Origin: Fistulifera solaris
Lineage: Eukaryota
DNA length: 64,000 bases
Assembly: GCA_030295235.1 (NCBI GenBank)
Contig: AP026135.1
Span: forward strand, 930,001 to 994,000
Direction: 5' to 3'
In this document: positions 61,608-64,000 of the stretch, one piece after another
Position numbering within the stretch: position 1 is the stretch's first letter
How the letters are laid out: each line of letters begins with the position of its first letter
Position numbers and translations under genes: made by a program
Notes under the pieces: model-generated
Told to the model about the DNA's origin: nothing
The model's database searches: none
What the model saw: only the letters and a program-made list of their open reading frames with translations

Positions 61608-62726
61608 CTAAGTATAGATACGACACATACCCGTACACCTCAATTTTATCAAACTTCGGCAAATTGACCGCGTTCGTGAAAAGAAAACGATGGCGGTTGT
61701 TCCAAAAGATACTTGGTGGGACAGGCGCAAAAGTAAATTGACAGGATCAATATTCGGAACGACATGAATTACATCCTGCTCGTCGTTCAACCAGCGTGTT
61801 GTTGTGGACAATGGTAGAGAGTGTAGTTCTGAATCGTTTGGCGTCACATGATTGATGTCGGGGGATAGCAACTCTGAACAGAAGGATCGACGCTCGAGTC
61901 TTGTGGACGGTCACTTAACACATCCGACTCCGGCGTCACCGACGATCCACGAGACGCTGAGAGTAGAAGATTGAGCTCATCAATTAAAGCGTAGTTCGGA
62001 TGTGATTTTGTGGCCGTCTTGGTAGCAAGGGAGAGTAAAGTGTGTCCGTCTTTTGTTGTCGCGTTCAGAGCGGCTGGATTCGCAGCCAAAAGCATCCCAA
62101 GTTTCTCTGGGGAACAGTGTCGGCTGCAAGCAACATGAGCCGGAAGATAACCTTTTCTGTCTTTCATAAAGCATGCTCTGCTACCATGCTCTATCATGTA
62201 TTGCGTGAGCTCGGGGGACACATAGTCTAGAATGGAAAGTTAGAAAAAACGAACGGTTGGGAGCGAACTCTCCACGAAGAGCCAACTCACCAGTGAAGAT
62301 AATGTGGAGTGGCGTTCGCTTTCCTGGGCCACCCTCTTTTGTCAGGGCCTCTTCGTAGGCAGCGATAAGTTGATAGATGATACGTTCCTTTATTTGCGCA
62401 CGGATTTTCGTATTGCGTTGTGCGATCACGTGCAAAGGGAGGGAACCGTACCCATTCGTGAGACGAGCCGCTTCCGGCGTACTGGCCAAAATGTTATCCA
62501 TAACGAGGGCACGGTGGTGGATGTTGCCTCGACTGGTAATTGCTTGATGCAAAACAGTGGTAGTGATGTTATTGTCCATGGTCATTGGGTACAGAGCGAT
62601 CCATGGCTTTTTGATGAGAAGAACATGGACCTTTTTCCATTGATCCGAGCGACAAAGCTGAAAGACGTTAGTCATTTCCTTCAGACTCACAAGGGGATGG
62701 GGAACAGCGCTTTCTAAGGGACTCAT
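61608..62726 (-). CDS. Ankyrin-like repeat protein
   Basis: TVLHQAI, GSLPLHVI, RTPLHII, GYLPAHVAC, GHTLLSLA. Intron 62227-62290; probable frameshift near 61865. Confidence 0.8.
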
Positions 62727-63541
62727 GGCGGAAACAAGAATTTTGCGAGGAGGTGCGATTATGAAAAGAAAAAATACGGTGGTAAGTCGTTGCGTGGAAG
62801 ATATCCACGCTAGGGGTGGGCGTGGGTACTTCGGTGCTAACGGAAAAGTCCCTTCCGTGATCGGTTTTCTAATTCAAAAATGTTTTATCTGTAAAGTAGG
62901 CTCATCGAAACGACTCCCGAGTGCAGAGTAACGTAACACATACAATGATCGATTCGTATCGATCATTCATAGGTAAGGTCAGCACCTCGGTCGGGGATAA
63001 AACACTCGTCCTCGTAAATCAAGCATTGCTTGGTGGCGTCCCTGCGATACGAGAATCCTGCGGTTAACAGCACAGGCCACCTGCATCAATTATCGCGTAA
63101 AGCCATGTTTGAATTACTTGGCGTGTAATGATGTAGTAAATACTCCGTTTTAAAGGTGTCTGAACCAAGTTTATTACTCCGTATTGTGTTTTCGCCTTTC
63201 GCATTGTATCGCATTGCAAATTGCAACAAAATTTTTCGCCGGCTGATCCCCTCTATTCAAAACGCTCTGTGACATCACAACCTCTTTGATCGTGTACCGC
63301 ATAGACCCTCTCTACTTTAAAGTGTCGTTTGCGTTGGAGTGAATTTTCATGGTTGAAACTACTTTTTCACGGACTGTTGTAACGGCCCAGGAGCAGGACG
63401 ATGCGTTGACATCGACGTTTTGAAACTTCCTCCCGAAATTAATCGCGCAGCAATCAATCTTGCTTGGATGATAAAGAAAATACTCATTCTGCTTGCCTTA
63501 GACTGTTTTGTTATTCTTTCTTGTCTGCAAAATACCGCACC

Positions 63542-63986
63542 ATGAACTCAACACGCAATTGTTTAGGTGAAACCGTTTTCATTCGCGATGAATTGTACGC
63601 ATGGCTTCCTGCCGTCATTATCGAGCTCGACCTCGAGAATGATCGGGCCTTGGTCGACACTAAGTTGCCAGATACCTGGAGGAAGGACACTGTTTTGGTC
63701 AGCGAGGATTCAGAAGACGCTCTCAATCAACAAAAATGGGTGACACTGAGCGACTATCCTCGTCACAAGTTGCCCCGTCGCAGTGATATCCTTGTAAGGG
63801 ATATGGCGGATATTCCCCACTTGCATGAAGCAGCCATGCTTTATCAAATCAAGGAACGACATGCTCAACAAAAACCGTATACTCGTGTCGGGGAGATTGT
63901 AGTTGCAGTAAATCCGTGTCAATGGATCCCCGACCTTTACTCGGAAGAAACGCAAAAGGCATACGCTTGCAATCTCGTTTGGAATT
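63542..63986 (+). CDS. Myosin heavy chain, first exon (continues beyond the window)
   Basis: SH3-like N-terminus, then DMADIPHLHEAAMLYQIKERH....PYTRVGEIVVAVNP...DLYS; GTAAGT donor at 63987. Confidence 0.9.
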
Positions 63987-64000
63987 GTAAGTAAAATCAC

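Overview
Compact eukaryotic genomic window, almost certainly from a diatom. Supporting signs are short 64-127 nt GT-AG introns, bipartite signal-peptide + 'AF' plastid presequences, a diatom-type Copia Gag N-terminus, and diatom-style PSxxPS, LRR and ankyrin-like proteins. About 27 protein genes are present, including CCB2/4-like, NOPCHAP1-like, eIF2B-delta, SIN3, a SET methyltransferase, QCR6, Mbb1/HCF107-like, LRR, oligopeptidase A, ChuX/HutX-like, two tandem Dispatched/Patched-family genes, two 2OG-Fe(II) oxygenases, Cdt1-like, PMP34, Sld5, EMC2 and the start of a myosin. About 15 genes carry single-base frameshifts, mostly at homopolymers, which points to long-read assembly error. The most notable element is a very young 1.85-kb non-autonomous Copia-type LTR element (4409-6260, TACGC target duplication). 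Its primer-binding site is complementary to the anticodon arm of tRNA-Asn(GUU), suggesting half-tRNA priming with a non-Met tRNA, and it keeps one open Gag-N/Pol-tail fusion ORF. Also present are a 5'-truncated RLE (CRE-like) non-LTR element with two shorter relatives sharing a 3' hairpin, palindromic minisatellites, a dispersed dyad-motif repeat family, and a stand-alone acidic protein with an ANP32E/CHZ1-like H2A.Z-binding motif. All assignments come from reading the sequence; no database searches were run.
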